NCBI GenBank assembly: GCA_963664705.1
Contig: OY761556.1
Location: 4,800,001-4,864,000, forward strand
Reading direction: 5' to 3'
Origin: Acidobacteriota bacterium
Lineage (GTDB): Bacteria; Acidobacteriota; UBA6911
Length of the DNA: 64,000 bases
The position numbers and the translations under genes were made by a program. Below the pieces are notes generated by a model, which saw only the letters and a program-made list of their open reading frames with translations, ran no database searches and was not told the DNA's origin. Of this stretch, positions 37,223-47,196 are shown piece after piece (within the stretch, counting starts at the first letter, position 1; every line of letters starts with the position of its first letter).

Positions 37223-38902
37223 ATGAGCGAATCTGCGGAAAACCAGACGAAAGAAGATATAACCACCATCAATTCCAATGAGTTGATAAAGCGCCTGAGA
37301 AAAGAGCAGGAGGGGCTTCGTCAGGTAAACGAGGAACTGGCTGTAGCCGAGGAAGAGTTGCGCGTACAGAACGAAGAGCTTCTCCAATGGCGCGAAGAAT
37401 TAGAACACCTGAAACAACGATACCTTAATCTATTCAATGAAGCGCCCGACGGATATCTCGTCACAGATACCCAGGGCAGGATCCAGGAAGCTAATGAGTC
37501 TGCAGCCCATCTTTTCGGATGTGCGACCGAAAAACTGACCGAATTCAGGATTACGGACCTGCTGCCTGTCCAGATAGAAAACTTCCTGGCTGAACTCTCC
37601 TCACAACCGAGATCTCCATCACGATGGGAAGGTTTTGTTCTGCCTATCAGCGGAAAGCCTTTCTGGTCTTCGATAACCTGCTCTGCTTCACGCAGTGGAA
37701 ACGGCAGAGTCGAGGGCCTGCGCTGGCTGATTCGCGACGTCACCGATCGCAAGAGAATTAATGATGCCCTGGCAGAAAGTGAATCCCGGGCAACAACGCT
37801 GGCCGGTCAATTGCGGGAACTGGCCTCCGAACTGACGTTGGCTGAGCAGCGCGAACGGCAGCGTATCGCCCAAATATTGCACGATCATATTCAGCAAATG
37901 CTGGTGGCCGCGAAAATGCAGGCGGGTGCATTGATGCACCATCAGTCCAGCGAAGACCGTGAATCCGCTATGCGTCTTATATGCGCGTTCCTGGATCAGG
38001 CACTTGCCGAATCCCGTTCGTTGACTGCTGAATTGAGCCCTCCCGTCCTGTTTGATCTGGGGCTCGCATCCGCACTCCAATGGCTGGCCAAAAATATGTT
38101 GGAGAACAATGGATTGCAGGTTGAAGTATCGGTTGGACCCTCCTTTGAGATGAAAACGGAGAACACGGCAATATTTCTGTTCGACGCGGTTCGTGAGATT
38201 CTTTTCAATGTTGTAAAGCATGCGGGAGTTCATAACGCCCGCGTGGTCTGTCTGCAACCAAATGACAGCCTGTTTCAGATAGTGATATCCGACGAGGGCA
38301 AGGGCTTTGACCCCACCAGTCTCAAAAGGGGGGAGCCGTCCAGAGGATTAGGATTGTTCAGCATTCAGCAGCGGCTCAAACACATGGGCGGGCTGATGGA
38401 AATCGATACGGCACCGGGTGATGGCACGCGCATCACACTGATAATGCCGCGGCCGTCCTCGGCTCAGAAAGAGCTTGCGCCGGAGGTTGCCGCCCCGTCT
38501 CCGGACTCAAAAACAGAATCCTCGAATAATGCCGCGAAGATACGCGTTATCCTGGCGGATGATCACCACATAATCCGGAATGGATTGGCTCGCATCCTGC
38601 AGGAGGAAGTAGATATTGAAGTGGTGGGGGAAGCCTCCAATGGGGCCCAGGCCATAAATCTGGCCCGCTCTCTCCGGCCCGACATTATCATCATGGATGC
38701 AAACATGCCGGTCCTGACCGGAATCGAGGCCACGGCTGAAATTCTGCGCGATATGCCCAACGTAAAAATTGTCGGGCTATCCATGTATGAGGATGGAGAG
38801 CTGTCGTCCTCCATGCGGCAGGCGGGAGCTGTTGCCTACGTGACCAAGGGAGGCTCGCCGGAAGCTCTCGTTAAAGCCATACGCAGGGCGGCAGCGATCT
38901 GA
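37223..38902 (+). CDS. Hybrid kinase: coiled coil, PAS, HisKA_3, HATPase, REC
   Basis: RERQRIAQILHD, NVVKHA, SDEGKGF, GLGL, NarL-type REC. Confidence 0.92.
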   Translation: MSESAENQTKEDITTINSNELIKRLRKEQEGLRQVNEELAVAEEELRVQNEELLQWREELEHLKQRYLNLFNEAPDGYLVTDTQGRIQEANESAAHLFGCATEKLTEFRITDLLPVQIENFLAELSSQPRSPSRWEGFVLPISGKPFWSSITCSASRSGNGRVEGLRWLIRDVTDRKRINDALAESESRATTLAGQLRELASELTLAEQRERQRIAQILHDHIQQMLVAAKMQAGALMHHQSSEDRESAMRLICAFLDQALAESRSLTAELSPPVLFDLGLASALQWLAKNMLENNGLQVEVSVGPSFEMKTENTAIFLFDAVREILFNVVKHAGVHNARVVCLQPNDSLFQIVISDEGKGFDPTSLKRGEPSRGLGLFSIQQRLKHMGGLMEIDTAPGDGTRITLIMPRPSSAQKELAPEVAAPSPDSKTESSNNAAKIRVILADDHHIIRNGLARILQEEVDIEVVGEASNGAQAINLARSLRPDIIIMDANMPVLTGIEATAEILRDMPNVKIVGLSMYEDGELSSSMRQAGAVAYVTKGGSPEALVKAIRRAAAI

Positions 38903-39046
38903 ACTGTTCTGCAATATCCTGCTGAATCCACGCAACCAGGCCGCTAAATTCGTTGAGGCTCGATTTCTGTAAGAGTATGATTCCGCTGTAACCCGATTCT
39001 TATTTTCAAGCGCATCTGTCATTCTTCGCCTTAATGGAGCCTCAGC

Positions 39047-41605
39047 ATGGCAAAAACGAGAGAAAACAGCGAAAAGCCTCATGTGCAGGGCGGCATCGAA
39101 CGGCAGGCTGCTGGTAGTAGCGAACCATTGCGGACGGATTTCCCAATCGTCGGAGTAGGCGCATCGGCTGGGGGGCTCGAAGCGATGTCGAGTCTTTTTG
39201 GCGCAATGCCCGAAAAGGCCGGAATCGCTTTTGTCGTTATCCAGCACCTGGATCCAACCCATCCCAGCACGCTTCACGAGCTGCTAAAGCGTTATACCAA
39301 GATGACTGTGCTGGAGGCCAGTAACGATGTGGTCGTGGAGCCGGATCACGTCTACATTATTCCTCCGACAAAGAATATTTTTTACGTAGACGGGTACCTG
39401 CAATTGCAGGAACAGGACCGGAAACCGGGCGATCCACATACGATCGATTACTTTTTCAAATCACTGGCGGAGCAGTTCCACGATAGGGCCACCTGCATCA
39501 TTCTCTCCGGGACCGGCAGCGATGGAGTTGCCGGAGCAAAAGCCATCAAAGCGGAATTGGGAACGGTGATTGCGCAGGATCCGGAAACAGCCCGATATGA
39601 TGGGATGCCGAAGGCGGTCATCTCCGCCGGCCTGGCCGATTTCGTGCTGCCCCCCGACAGCATTCTTCCCCGCCTGAGGCAAATTATTGCCGAGGCAAAG
39701 GAGCTGATCGGCTCGGATCGTCGCGAAACCGGACTTCTTCAGAAGGTCTTTGCCATTATCCGGGCCAGAACCAAACATGATTTCTCCGGCTATAAGCTCT
39801 CCACCATTCACCGGCGTATTGAAAGGCGCATGCACGTCAACCAGTTTGAAAACCTCGCCGACTACATTAAGTCGCTCGAGAAAAATGGAGAAGAGGTCGA
39901 CGCGCTTTTTAAGGACCTTCTGATCAATGTAACCAGTTTCTTCCGCAATCCGGAAGCATTTGACGCTCTGAAGCTTTATATCAAGGAATTGCTGAATAAT
40001 AAGTCTGAAGGCAGTACCGTACGGATCTGGACTACCGGATGCTCCACGGGAGAAGAAGCCTATTCGCTGGCCATCGTCGTTGAAGAGTGTCTGGAAGAAC
40101 TGGGAAAATACTTCGAGCTCCAGGTCTTCGGAACCGATATCGACCCCGATGCCATCAATACAGCCCGTGCCGGCGTATATCCGCCCTCGATTGCGGACGA
40201 CGTAGGGGAAGAACGCCTAAAAAAATATTTCGTAAAAAAAGACGGGCAATTTCAGGTCAAAAAGGAGCTGCGGGAAAAGCTCGTATTCGCCATTCAGGAT
40301 TTTGTAGAGGATCCACCGTTTTCACGCATTGATATCATATCGGCCCGCAATATCCTTATTTATCTGGATGCCGAACTGCAGAAGAAGGTCATCCCGGTCC
40401 TGCATTACGCGCTTTCCGAGAATGGGATTTTATTTCTGGGGACAGCGGAAACGATCGGAGATTTCGGAGATCTCTTCGAAATTCTCGACCGCAAATGGAA
40501 AATCCACAGGCGGAAGGGCATCCAGCGGGAAATGGGAAGATTTATGCTTCCCGCGCGCGCAATCTGGCAGGAAACAGCGGTTACGATCCCGCCCAATCTT
40601 CCTTTGCGCCCCAGTTATGCATCCGAGCGAGCGCTGCTGCAAGCGCTGGCCCCCTCGGTTCTGGTCGACCAGCACTACCGGATCGCCTTTGTCCAGGGAG
40701 AAACCGGCAAGTACCTGGAATTATCCCAAGGTGAGATGAGCTCCAATATCCTGGATATGGCTCGTCCCACGCTCAAAAATGAACTTTCGGCGGCTTTGCG
40801 CGAGGCTACAACGCAAAAGCGGGATGCCATCAGGGAAAGCGGACGCATGTCGATCGACGGGATCCTGACGGCGGTCCGCATTGCGGTCCGGTGCGTTTCA
40901 GGTATTCCGGAGCGGGCCGGGCATATGATCGTCACATTTCAGGACATCAAGGAGCCGTTGAGGAGAAGGAAACCGACCGGCAACGAAAACGACAGTCGGA
41001 TAAAAGAGCTGGAGCAAGAGCTGCAATTCACGCGCGAAAACCTGCGCAGCACCATTGAGGAACTGGAAACGGCCAACGAGGAACTGCGCTCCGCAAACGA
41101 GGAATATCAGTCAACCAATGAGGAACTGCAAAGCACCAACGAAGAACTGGAAACGTCCCGGGAGGAGCTGCAATCGCTCAATGAAGAGCTCATGACGATG
41201 AACACCGAGTGTCAGACCAAGATCGATCAGCTCTCCGTCATCAATGATGACATGAAGAATCTCCTGAACAGCACAAGCATCGCCACGGTTTTCCTCGATA
41301 ACGAAATGCGGATCAAACGTTTCACCCCGGCGGCTACCGCCATATTCAACCTCATCGAGGCAGACATCGGCAGGCCGATCGACCATGTAACCTCGCTCCT
41401 GCAATATGATTCGCTGCCCGAAACGGTGAAAAAGGTCCTGGAAACCCTCATCCCGGTCCGGGAGGATGTTCGAATCCGGGGAGATTACTGGTATTCAATG
41501 CGGATTCATCCCTATCGGACAACCAACAATACCATTGCGGGATTGGTCATTTCGTTCATCGATATCAACGATTATGTCAGTGAAAAGAGGAATGCCAAAT
41601 CCTAG
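39047..41605 (+). CDS. CheB methylesterase-CheR methyltransferase fusion with coiled coil and PAS
   Basis: GASAGG, IQHL, LSGTGSDG; NVTSFFRN, GCSTGEEAYS; NEELQSTNEELETS heptads. Confidence 0.95.
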   Translation: MAKTRENSEKPHVQGGIERQAAGSSEPLRTDFPIVGVGASAGGLEAMSSLFGAMPEKAGIAFVVIQHLDPTHPSTLHELLKRYTKMTVLEASNDVVVEPDHVYIIPPTKNIFYVDGYLQLQEQDRKPGDPHTIDYFFKSLAEQFHDRATCIILSGTGSDGVAGAKAIKAELGTVIAQDPETARYDGMPKAVISAGLADFVLPPDSILPRLRQIIAEAKELIGSDRRETGLLQKVFAIIRARTKHDFSGYKLSTIHRRIERRMHVNQFENLADYIKSLEKNGEEVDALFKDLLINVTSFFRNPEAFDALKLYIKELLNNKSEGSTVRIWTTGCSTGEEAYSLAIVVEECLEELGKYFELQVFGTDIDPDAINTARAGVYPPSIADDVGEERLKKYFVKKDGQFQVKKELREKLVFAIQDFVEDPPFSRIDIISARNILIYLDAELQKKVIPVLHYALSENGILFLGTAETIGDFGDLFEILDRKWKIHRRKGIQREMGRFMLPARAIWQETAVTIPPNLPLRPSYASERALLQALAPSVLVDQHYRIAFVQGETGKYLELSQGEMSSNILDMARPTLKNELSAALREATTQKRDAIRESGRMSIDGILTAVRIAVRCVSGIPERAGHMIVTFQDIKEPLRRRKPTGNENDSRIKELEQELQFTRENLRSTIEELETANEELRSANEEYQSTNEELQSTNEELETSREELQSLNEELMTMNTECQTKIDQLSVINDDMKNLLNSTSIATVFLDNEMRIKRFTPAATAIFNLIEADIGRPIDHVTSLLQYDSLPETVKKVLETLIPVREDVRIRGDYWYSMRIHPYRTTNNTIAGLVISFIDINDYVSEKRNAKS

Positions 41606-41609
41606 CTAT

Positions 41610-42300
41610 CGGGAGCGCCGCCGTCCCGGCTAAGACCGCATATTGTTTGCCAGGACCTGGAATCGCAAGGCAATCAGCCCTGGAAGGGCGGTCAGAACAG
41701 TCCGTATGCGGCATCAGCGCCATGCAAGCAGCTGTGAGCCCCGGCTTCATAGCAATGCGGCTAACTAGCGCTCCCAGTCGTAGCGCAATCCGCACCCTGA
41801 GCCCTCAATAGTCACGACTTTTTTTGGAAGCGCGCGTTGGAAGCACCGCCGGGACGGCTGATGCCGCTATTTGCCCAAGGAACTTGGAATCGCAATGCAA
41901 TCAGCCCTGGAGGGGCGGTCAGAAAGTAGCCAGGGGTGAAGCGCAGCGAACCCCTGGTAAAGATACGCACGAGAAAGAGCCCTGAAAGGGCGAAAGATCG
42001 GGCCTTCTGCCGCCCCTTCAGGGCTTGTTACTGCTCTATTCCAATCCAGGGGTTCGCTGCGCTTCACCCCTGGCTACTCGCTTTCGGCCCTCCGGGCCTG
42101 GTCCTCATTCGCGTCGCGGTGCTCAGAATAATCCGTATGCGGCATCAGCGCCATGCAAGCAGCAGTGAGCCCCGGCTTCATAGCAATGCGGCTAACTAGC
42201 GCTTCCAGTCGTAGCGCAATCCGCACCCTGAGCCCTCAACAGTCACGACTTTTTTTGGAAGCGCGCGCTGGGAGCGCCGGCGGGACGGCGGCGCTCCCGA
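41610..42300. repeat. Composite REPIN-like element flanked by a direct duplication of about 155 bp
   Basis: GTAGCCAGGGGTGAAGCGCAGCGAACCCCTGG (about 41926) and its inverse (about 42046-42077); about 41701-41858 is nearly identical to about 42131-42288. Confidence 0.88.
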
Positions 42301-42304
42301 TAGT

Positions 42305-43603
42305 CTAGCGCACTGCGTTGAGCGCATTGATACGCCCCTTGCCGGAATAGGCATCCGCGCCGGGCTTTAGAATATCGTCCGCTGTTTGCTGGATGATGGA
42401 CATCAACTGTGCCGGCTTCATCTTCCCGCGTTCCCCCACTATCAGAGCCGCCACGCCTGCAACATGGGGAGCGGCCATGGAAGTACCCGCAGCAAAGTAA
42501 TAGCCCTTATCGGATGCCGGGCTGAGAATCATGTCAAACGGGACATATGCCTCGTTGGCGAAGTCTCCCCCGGGAGCCGCAACATTAATTACGGACTGAC
42601 CGTAATTCGTATAGGATGCCGGTCGATCGAAATCCTGCAATCCATAGGGACCCGTGGCCGCCACGGCCAAACCATTCCCAAGTTGAGCCGGAATGGACCA
42701 GAGCCGGCTGTTGAGATCCACACCCTCATTCCCCGCTGACATCACGCACAGAACGCCTGCAGAGGTGGCATAGTTGAGGGCTCGATTAAGGGCTGCAATC
42801 AGCGTTCCGGCTCCGTCTCCGCCCGCATTAATGCGATCGAAGGTGGCGCCCAGACTCATATTGGCAACGTCCGCCCCGATCCCTGCGGCGTAGATCAATC
42901 CTTTAATGAGCCAGGAAAAAGATCCGCTGCCGGTATCGCTTTTCATTACCTTAATTGCCACGATTTCCGCCTGCGGCGCAACGCCCTGAATCCCTATCCC
43001 ATTGACGGGGGCGGCAATAATTCCGGCAACATGCGTACCATGGTTGAAGCCGGAGACAATAGGGTCGATACCTGGTTCGCCGGGAACGAAAGAGACGCTC
43101 AGCGTCGCGTTCAGATTGGCGGCGATATCGGGATGCTGGCTCCAGATTCCCGAATCAAGAACCGCCACGCGGGCTCGCTTTACAGTATTGCCCAGGTATC
43201 CCGCTGCCGCGGTCTGGTCAGCGCCAATCTGCCGTAGACTATATTGATAAGCCCAAAACGGCTCCGAGTTGATGCCTGCAGGCCCAGGGACCGGAAGGGC
43301 CGCCTGAACAACGCGCTCATTATTGACCCACTGCACCTGCACATCTTCCGCGACCCTTAACACACGCGCATCGGAGGCGATTTTCGCAAGAAAATCCGGA
43401 TTCTCCGACGAAGCCACAACAACACCCACTTCAGGGATTCTATTGACGATGACTCCACTCGCAGCTTGAACAGCGCTATCCAGATTCGTGCTATTCCGCC
43501 CCGTGTCCTTCGCTAAAATGAGATAATTATGAGGCGCACTGAACGCAAATGACGCACTCACCAACGCCATCAGTACTGCCAGCACTATAACGAGTTTTTT
43601 CAT
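42305..43603 (-). CDS. Secreted subtilisin-like serine peptidase (S8)
   Basis: Signal peptide; [29 protein letters not shown]. Confidence 0.95.
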   Translation of the reverse strand: MKKLVIVLAVLMALVSASFAFSAPHNYLILAKDTGRNSTNLDSAVQAASGVIVNRIPEVGVVVASSENPDFLAKIASDARVLRVAEDVQVQWVNNERVVQAALPVPGPAGINSEPFWAYQYSLRQIGADQTAAAGYLGNTVKRARVAVLDSGIWSQHPDIAANLNATLSVSFVPGEPGIDPIVSGFNHGTHVAGIIAAPVNGIGIQGVAPQAEIVAIKVMKSDTGSGSFSWLIKGLIYAAGIGADVANMSLGATFDRINAGGDGAGTLIAALNRALNYATSAGVLCVMSAGNEGVDLNSRLWSIPAQLGNGLAVAATGPYGLQDFDRPASYTNYGQSVINVAAPGGDFANEAYVPFDMILSPASDKGYYFAAGTSMAAPHVAGVAALIVGERGKMKPAQLMSIIQQTADDILKPGADAYSGKGRINALNAVR

Positions 43604-43788
43604 TTCCGCCTCCTTGCGGTGCCGCTGAGATTGCGGCCGATCATTTGAAACCTAAATTGCTGTCGTTCTTCCCTGACGATACAGAATGAAAGCCGTGAGA
43701 ATGAGGAGTAACTAATAGTTCAGAGAGGATTTTTGATCGGTACGCGGAGCGAGTCAAGTGTTATTGGAAATAGCAAATACCCGCCTGC

Positions 43789-43826
43789 CCCACACTCTAT
43801 CGGGTAGTGCCCCGACCGAGTGTGGG
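43789..43826. terminator. Stem-loop downstream of the MATE gene
   Basis: CCCACACTC...GAGTGTGGG with inner TCGGG/CCCGA. Confidence 0.45.
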
Positions 43827-43865
43827 TTTATGGCGCAAGGCTGCTTTGGGTAAATTCACTTCGGG

Positions 43866-45275
43866 CTATATTTCCATGGCAGGCGCCTGCATAGGCCTGT
43901 CAAATCCGTGAATTTTCAGGGCCGACTTCCTCCATCTTCCCGAGAGGTAATACAGATAGCCGACCACTGCAGTCACGGCAAATCCCGCGGCCATCGCGAT
44001 CCAGATACCGGATGACTTGAGCGCAGTATGCTGGGATAAATACCACGCTACAGGAACACGGACGGCCCAGAGCGAAATCAGCGTGAAGATCATGGGGATC
44101 ACTGTCTGACCGGCCCCATTCACAACTCCCATGGAAACAAAAATCAGGGCAAAAAGGAAATAGCAGGGAACAACGATCCTTAAGTACTGGACTCCGATCA
44201 GCAGGACCGGCTCGGATTGTGTGAACATGGAGAGGATAAGTTTTGGAAAGGCAAAAGCAAAAACGGCCACAACTCCCGAAATCGCAGTCCCCAGCAGAAG
44301 GGCCCACTTGAATATCTCTTTGACGCGCTCCGGCTTGCCTGCCCCGAGGTTCTGACCCGTTAAGGCAGTGGCCGCCATCCCGATCGCAATGGCCGGCATC
44401 ATCGCCACCATGTCAATGCGGCTTCCAGCCCCAAACGCAGCGATCGCGGCGGGTCCAAAGAAGTTCACATACTTGGTGACAAAGGCCGACCCAACCGATA
44501 TGAGGCACTGTTCCACGGTCGACGGAATTCCTATCCGGATAATCAGCCACGCAATATGCCTCTCAAATTTCAGCTTTCCAAAATTGATGGCAACCAGGTG
44601 ACTTTTGCGGTTCAGGTAGGTCAACGCGATGGCCAGGCTGATTGCCTGCGAAATAACCGAGGCGAGCGCGGCTCCGTTCAGCCCCAGTTTCGGGAAGGGA
44701 TAAATGCCCATAATCAGGAAGGGATCCAGAATGGCATTCAGAATGACTCCGGTTCCCATGAACAGCAGCGGCCGCACCGTATCACCGAGTCCGCGCAGAA
44801 TCTGGCTGATGGTAAAGGACAAATACAGAAAAATGATGCCCGAGAGGGAAATTTTGAGATAGCTGGATGACATGGCAAAGATTTCCTGCGGCGTGTCCAT
44901 CAATCTCAACATAGGATTGGACAGGGCAATCATGCCGGTGATCAGAACCACGCTTAAGGCAAGCTGGAGACAGACGGAGTTGTCGACGACCATTTTCAGT
45001 TGATCGAGTCTCTTGGCGCCATAAAACTGCGCCACCAGCACCGCCGTTGCCATGGACACTCCGGCCGCTATGCCGATCAGGATAAACATGATCGGGAAGC
45101 TGACCGCGGTTGCGCCGAGACCGTCCGCGCCTACGATGTGTCCCACCCAGACCATGTTGATAATGCTGTATCCGCTCTGGAGCATGTTCCCGAACAACAT
45201 GGGGAGCGAAAAACTAATCAGGTGCTTTGGAATACTGCCGACCGTCAGATCTGTCCCGAACTTTTTATCTTCCAT
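43866..45275 (-). CDS. MATE family efflux transporter
   Basis: About 12 TM; DLT.GSI, LRGLGD, LNAILDP, GQNLGAG. Confidence 0.93.
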   Translation of the reverse strand: MEDKKFGTDLTVGSIPKHLISFSLPMLFGNMLQSGYSIINMVWVGHIVGADGLGATAVSFPIMFILIGIAAGVSMATAVLVAQFYGAKRLDQLKMVVDNSVCLQLALSVVLITGMIALSNPMLRLMDTPQEIFAMSSSYLKISLSGIIFLYLSFTISQILRGLGDTVRPLLFMGTGVILNAILDPFLIMGIYPFPKLGLNGAALASVISQAISLAIALTYLNRKSHLVAINFGKLKFERHIAWLIIRIGIPSTVEQCLISVGSAFVTKYVNFFGPAAIAAFGAGSRIDMVAMMPAIAIGMAATALTGQNLGAGKPERVKEIFKWALLLGTAISGVVAVFAFAFPKLILSMFTQSEPVLLIGVQYLRIVVPCYFLFALIFVSMGVVNGAGQTVIPMIFTLISLWAVRVPVAWYLSQHTALKSSGIWIAMAAGFAVTAVVGYLYYLSGRWRKSALKIHGFDRPMQAPAMEI

Positions 45276-45489
45276 ATCAATCGTCTAGATTCCCCAAAAT
45301 CGCTGGTTTGCGTGGAACTTGGCCCCATGAGTCATCGCAGGGAACTCCTGCGAGGTGCATCCCGATATTCGCCATTCAAAAAAATAGGGAATAAATCATG
45401 AATCGCGCCAATTAGAAAGCCAAAACTTCCCGATCGGACTATTCGACCAGAGCTACCAAACTCAGAGCTCTCCCTATTCAGCCATGCGG

Positions 45490-45517
45490 GCGGTCCGGCT
45501 CTCGAGAGCCGGACCGC
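45490..45517. terminator. Perfect 28-bp palindrome downstream of the nonaheme cytochrome gene
   Basis: GCGGTCCGGCTCTCGAGAGCCGGACCGC. Confidence 0.55.
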
Positions 45518-45539
45518 AGTAGCAGGTTTTCGCCGGGCT

Positions 45540-46991
45540 TTACCTTATTGCAGCTTTTGCCGCCTCGAGGTCTTTGCCGGCCTGATCCAAAATCTTTTTC
45601 GCATATTCAAAATTATGGGCTCCCCGGGAGCCATCGCGCGTCAAAAGCGTGAGATTGGTGCGCGCGCCATTGACTTTGGCTTTCAGATCGGCGGGAAATG
45701 CCTCCGGCTTCTCCTTCATGGCAGCGCTTATCGTCTTCAGATCCGCCTGCAGCAGATCCATGTTCTTCGCAAAAAGGCCCTGCCATTCCTGCAGTTTGGC
45801 ACTGCGGTCTTTTTTGCTGCTGTTTTTGTGGCAGGAGGTACATGTGTCTGGTCGCTTCTCCGCCAGGTCGGGCGCATCGGGCCGGATCACCTTCATCAGA
45901 TGATTGGCTTCCGTCATGTGGCACTGAACGCAGTTGAATCCCGAGTGGGCGCTGGCCGTTTCCTCGATCCCCTTGACCGCAGTTCCCTTGATCATGGCCG
46001 CTTGCGGTCCCTGGGAATGACAGGAAACACAAAGCTTATCCGGCGCCATTACAAGCTGATGGGGATTTTCGCTATCGTGCGGGTCATGGCAGACAACGCA
46101 GGTGATGGAGTTGAAGCTCCCCTTTTTGGAGATATCCACCTTGGCGCCCTTCAGTTTTGCGGCAAAACCCTCAGCGGAATGGCAGGCATAGCAATCGGCA
46201 TTGGCAAAGCTGCTGTTGGCGATCTGCCCCAGGGCTTTGTTATGTCCGGAAGCTGCCCACATATTGTAATTCCGCAGATGATTCGCCGACACATCGGAAT
46301 CGGGCGGAGTCTTTTTCGGATCGACCGGGGTCAGTTGAACATCTTTCATTTCCGACAGCTTCATTCCCGGCTTGTATCCGACAATCCACTTCGTGCCGTC
46401 GGCCATCAGTTTCCCGCCGGTCTTGACGTCATTGCCACCGTGACACTGGCCGCAGGTATCCGCATCCTTGCTGGAAACGATCTTGGTTTTATCTCCCTTG
46501 GATAAAGCGTGTTCGCGCCCGGGACCATGACACGCTTCGCAGCCGATCCCAGGTTCGCCCCAGGTTAATTTGGGCGTATTCATGTTAGTGGTATGGCATC
46601 CGGCGCATTGTGTGGACCAATCCAGGTTCAGCGCCGAAGGTTTATAAGCTTTCGCCACTTTGTCGTAGGTGACACTCAACATTTTGTAGTGCTCGGTCAC
46701 AGGATCCTTTGCCACGAAAAAGGACCCGGCTACTATGTAGGAGGCTTTTCGGAGCTCTGCCTGGAGCTTTTCGGGCGCGCCGGAAATATCCAATGGAAGA
46801 TCAGACGAATTAATGATCGGCACGACCATGTTGGCATGGTTGGACGGTTTCCATTGACCGTATTTTTCCGCGTGGCAACCCAGGCAAGCCCGGGAGCCTA
46901 TATATTCGGGAATCTTCTCGCCGGCAATTGCGGCAACAGAACCTGCTCCTGCCAGCAAAACAAACATGGCAGACGATAAGAATCTACTCAT
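45540..46991 (-). CDS. Periplasmic nonaheme cytochrome c with c552/NrfA-like C-terminal helices
   Basis: Signal peptide; 9 CxxCH; C-terminal DGSRGAHN..YA..IL. Confidence 0.9.
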   Translation of the reverse strand: MSRFLSSAMFVLLAGAGSVAAIAGEKIPEYIGSRACLGCHAEKYGQWKPSNHANMVVPIINSSDLPLDISGAPEKLQAELRKASYIVAGSFFVAKDPVTEHYKMLSVTYDKVAKAYKPSALNLDWSTQCAGCHTTNMNTPKLTWGEPGIGCEACHGPGREHALSKGDKTKIVSSKDADTCGQCHGGNDVKTGGKLMADGTKWIVGYKPGMKLSEMKDVQLTPVDPKKTPPDSDVSANHLRNYNMWAASGHNKALGQIANSSFANADCYACHSAEGFAAKLKGAKVDISKKGSFNSITCVVCHDPHDSENPHQLVMAPDKLCVSCHSQGPQAAMIKGTAVKGIEETASAHSGFNCVQCHMTEANHLMKVIRPDAPDLAEKRPDTCTSCHKNSSKKDRSAKLQEWQGLFAKNMDLLQADLKTISAAMKEKPEAFPADLKAKVNGARTNLTLLTRDGSRGAHNFEYAKKILDQAGKDLEAAKAAIR

Positions 46992-47140
46992 ACAATTACC
47001 TCCAAACTCACCAAAACTCGAAATACCATTACCGGTCTATAGCGGTGTGTACGCAGGTCGGGGCAAGCTGTTTCGGTCGTGCGGCAACTGTAGAGAGTAG
47101 AGGATTACCGGCGATAAGAGGATTCTTAGAATGCAGCCAC

Positions 47141-47185
47141 TACCGGGAGCGCCGGTCGTTTCGCCGGAGAGGCCGGCGCTCCCAG
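47141..47185. repeat. GGGAGCGCCG-type REP hairpin (possible terminator)
   Basis: GGGAGCGCCGG...CCGGCGCTCCC. Confidence 0.6.
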
Positions 47186-47196
47186 TTTAATAGGGT

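Noticed and set aside
41610-42300. IS element or CRISPR array
   Set aside because: No transposase ORF and no regular repeat-spacer pattern
45540-46991. nrfA call
   Set aside because: No CxxCK, nine rather than five hemes, and no nrfH or nrfBCD
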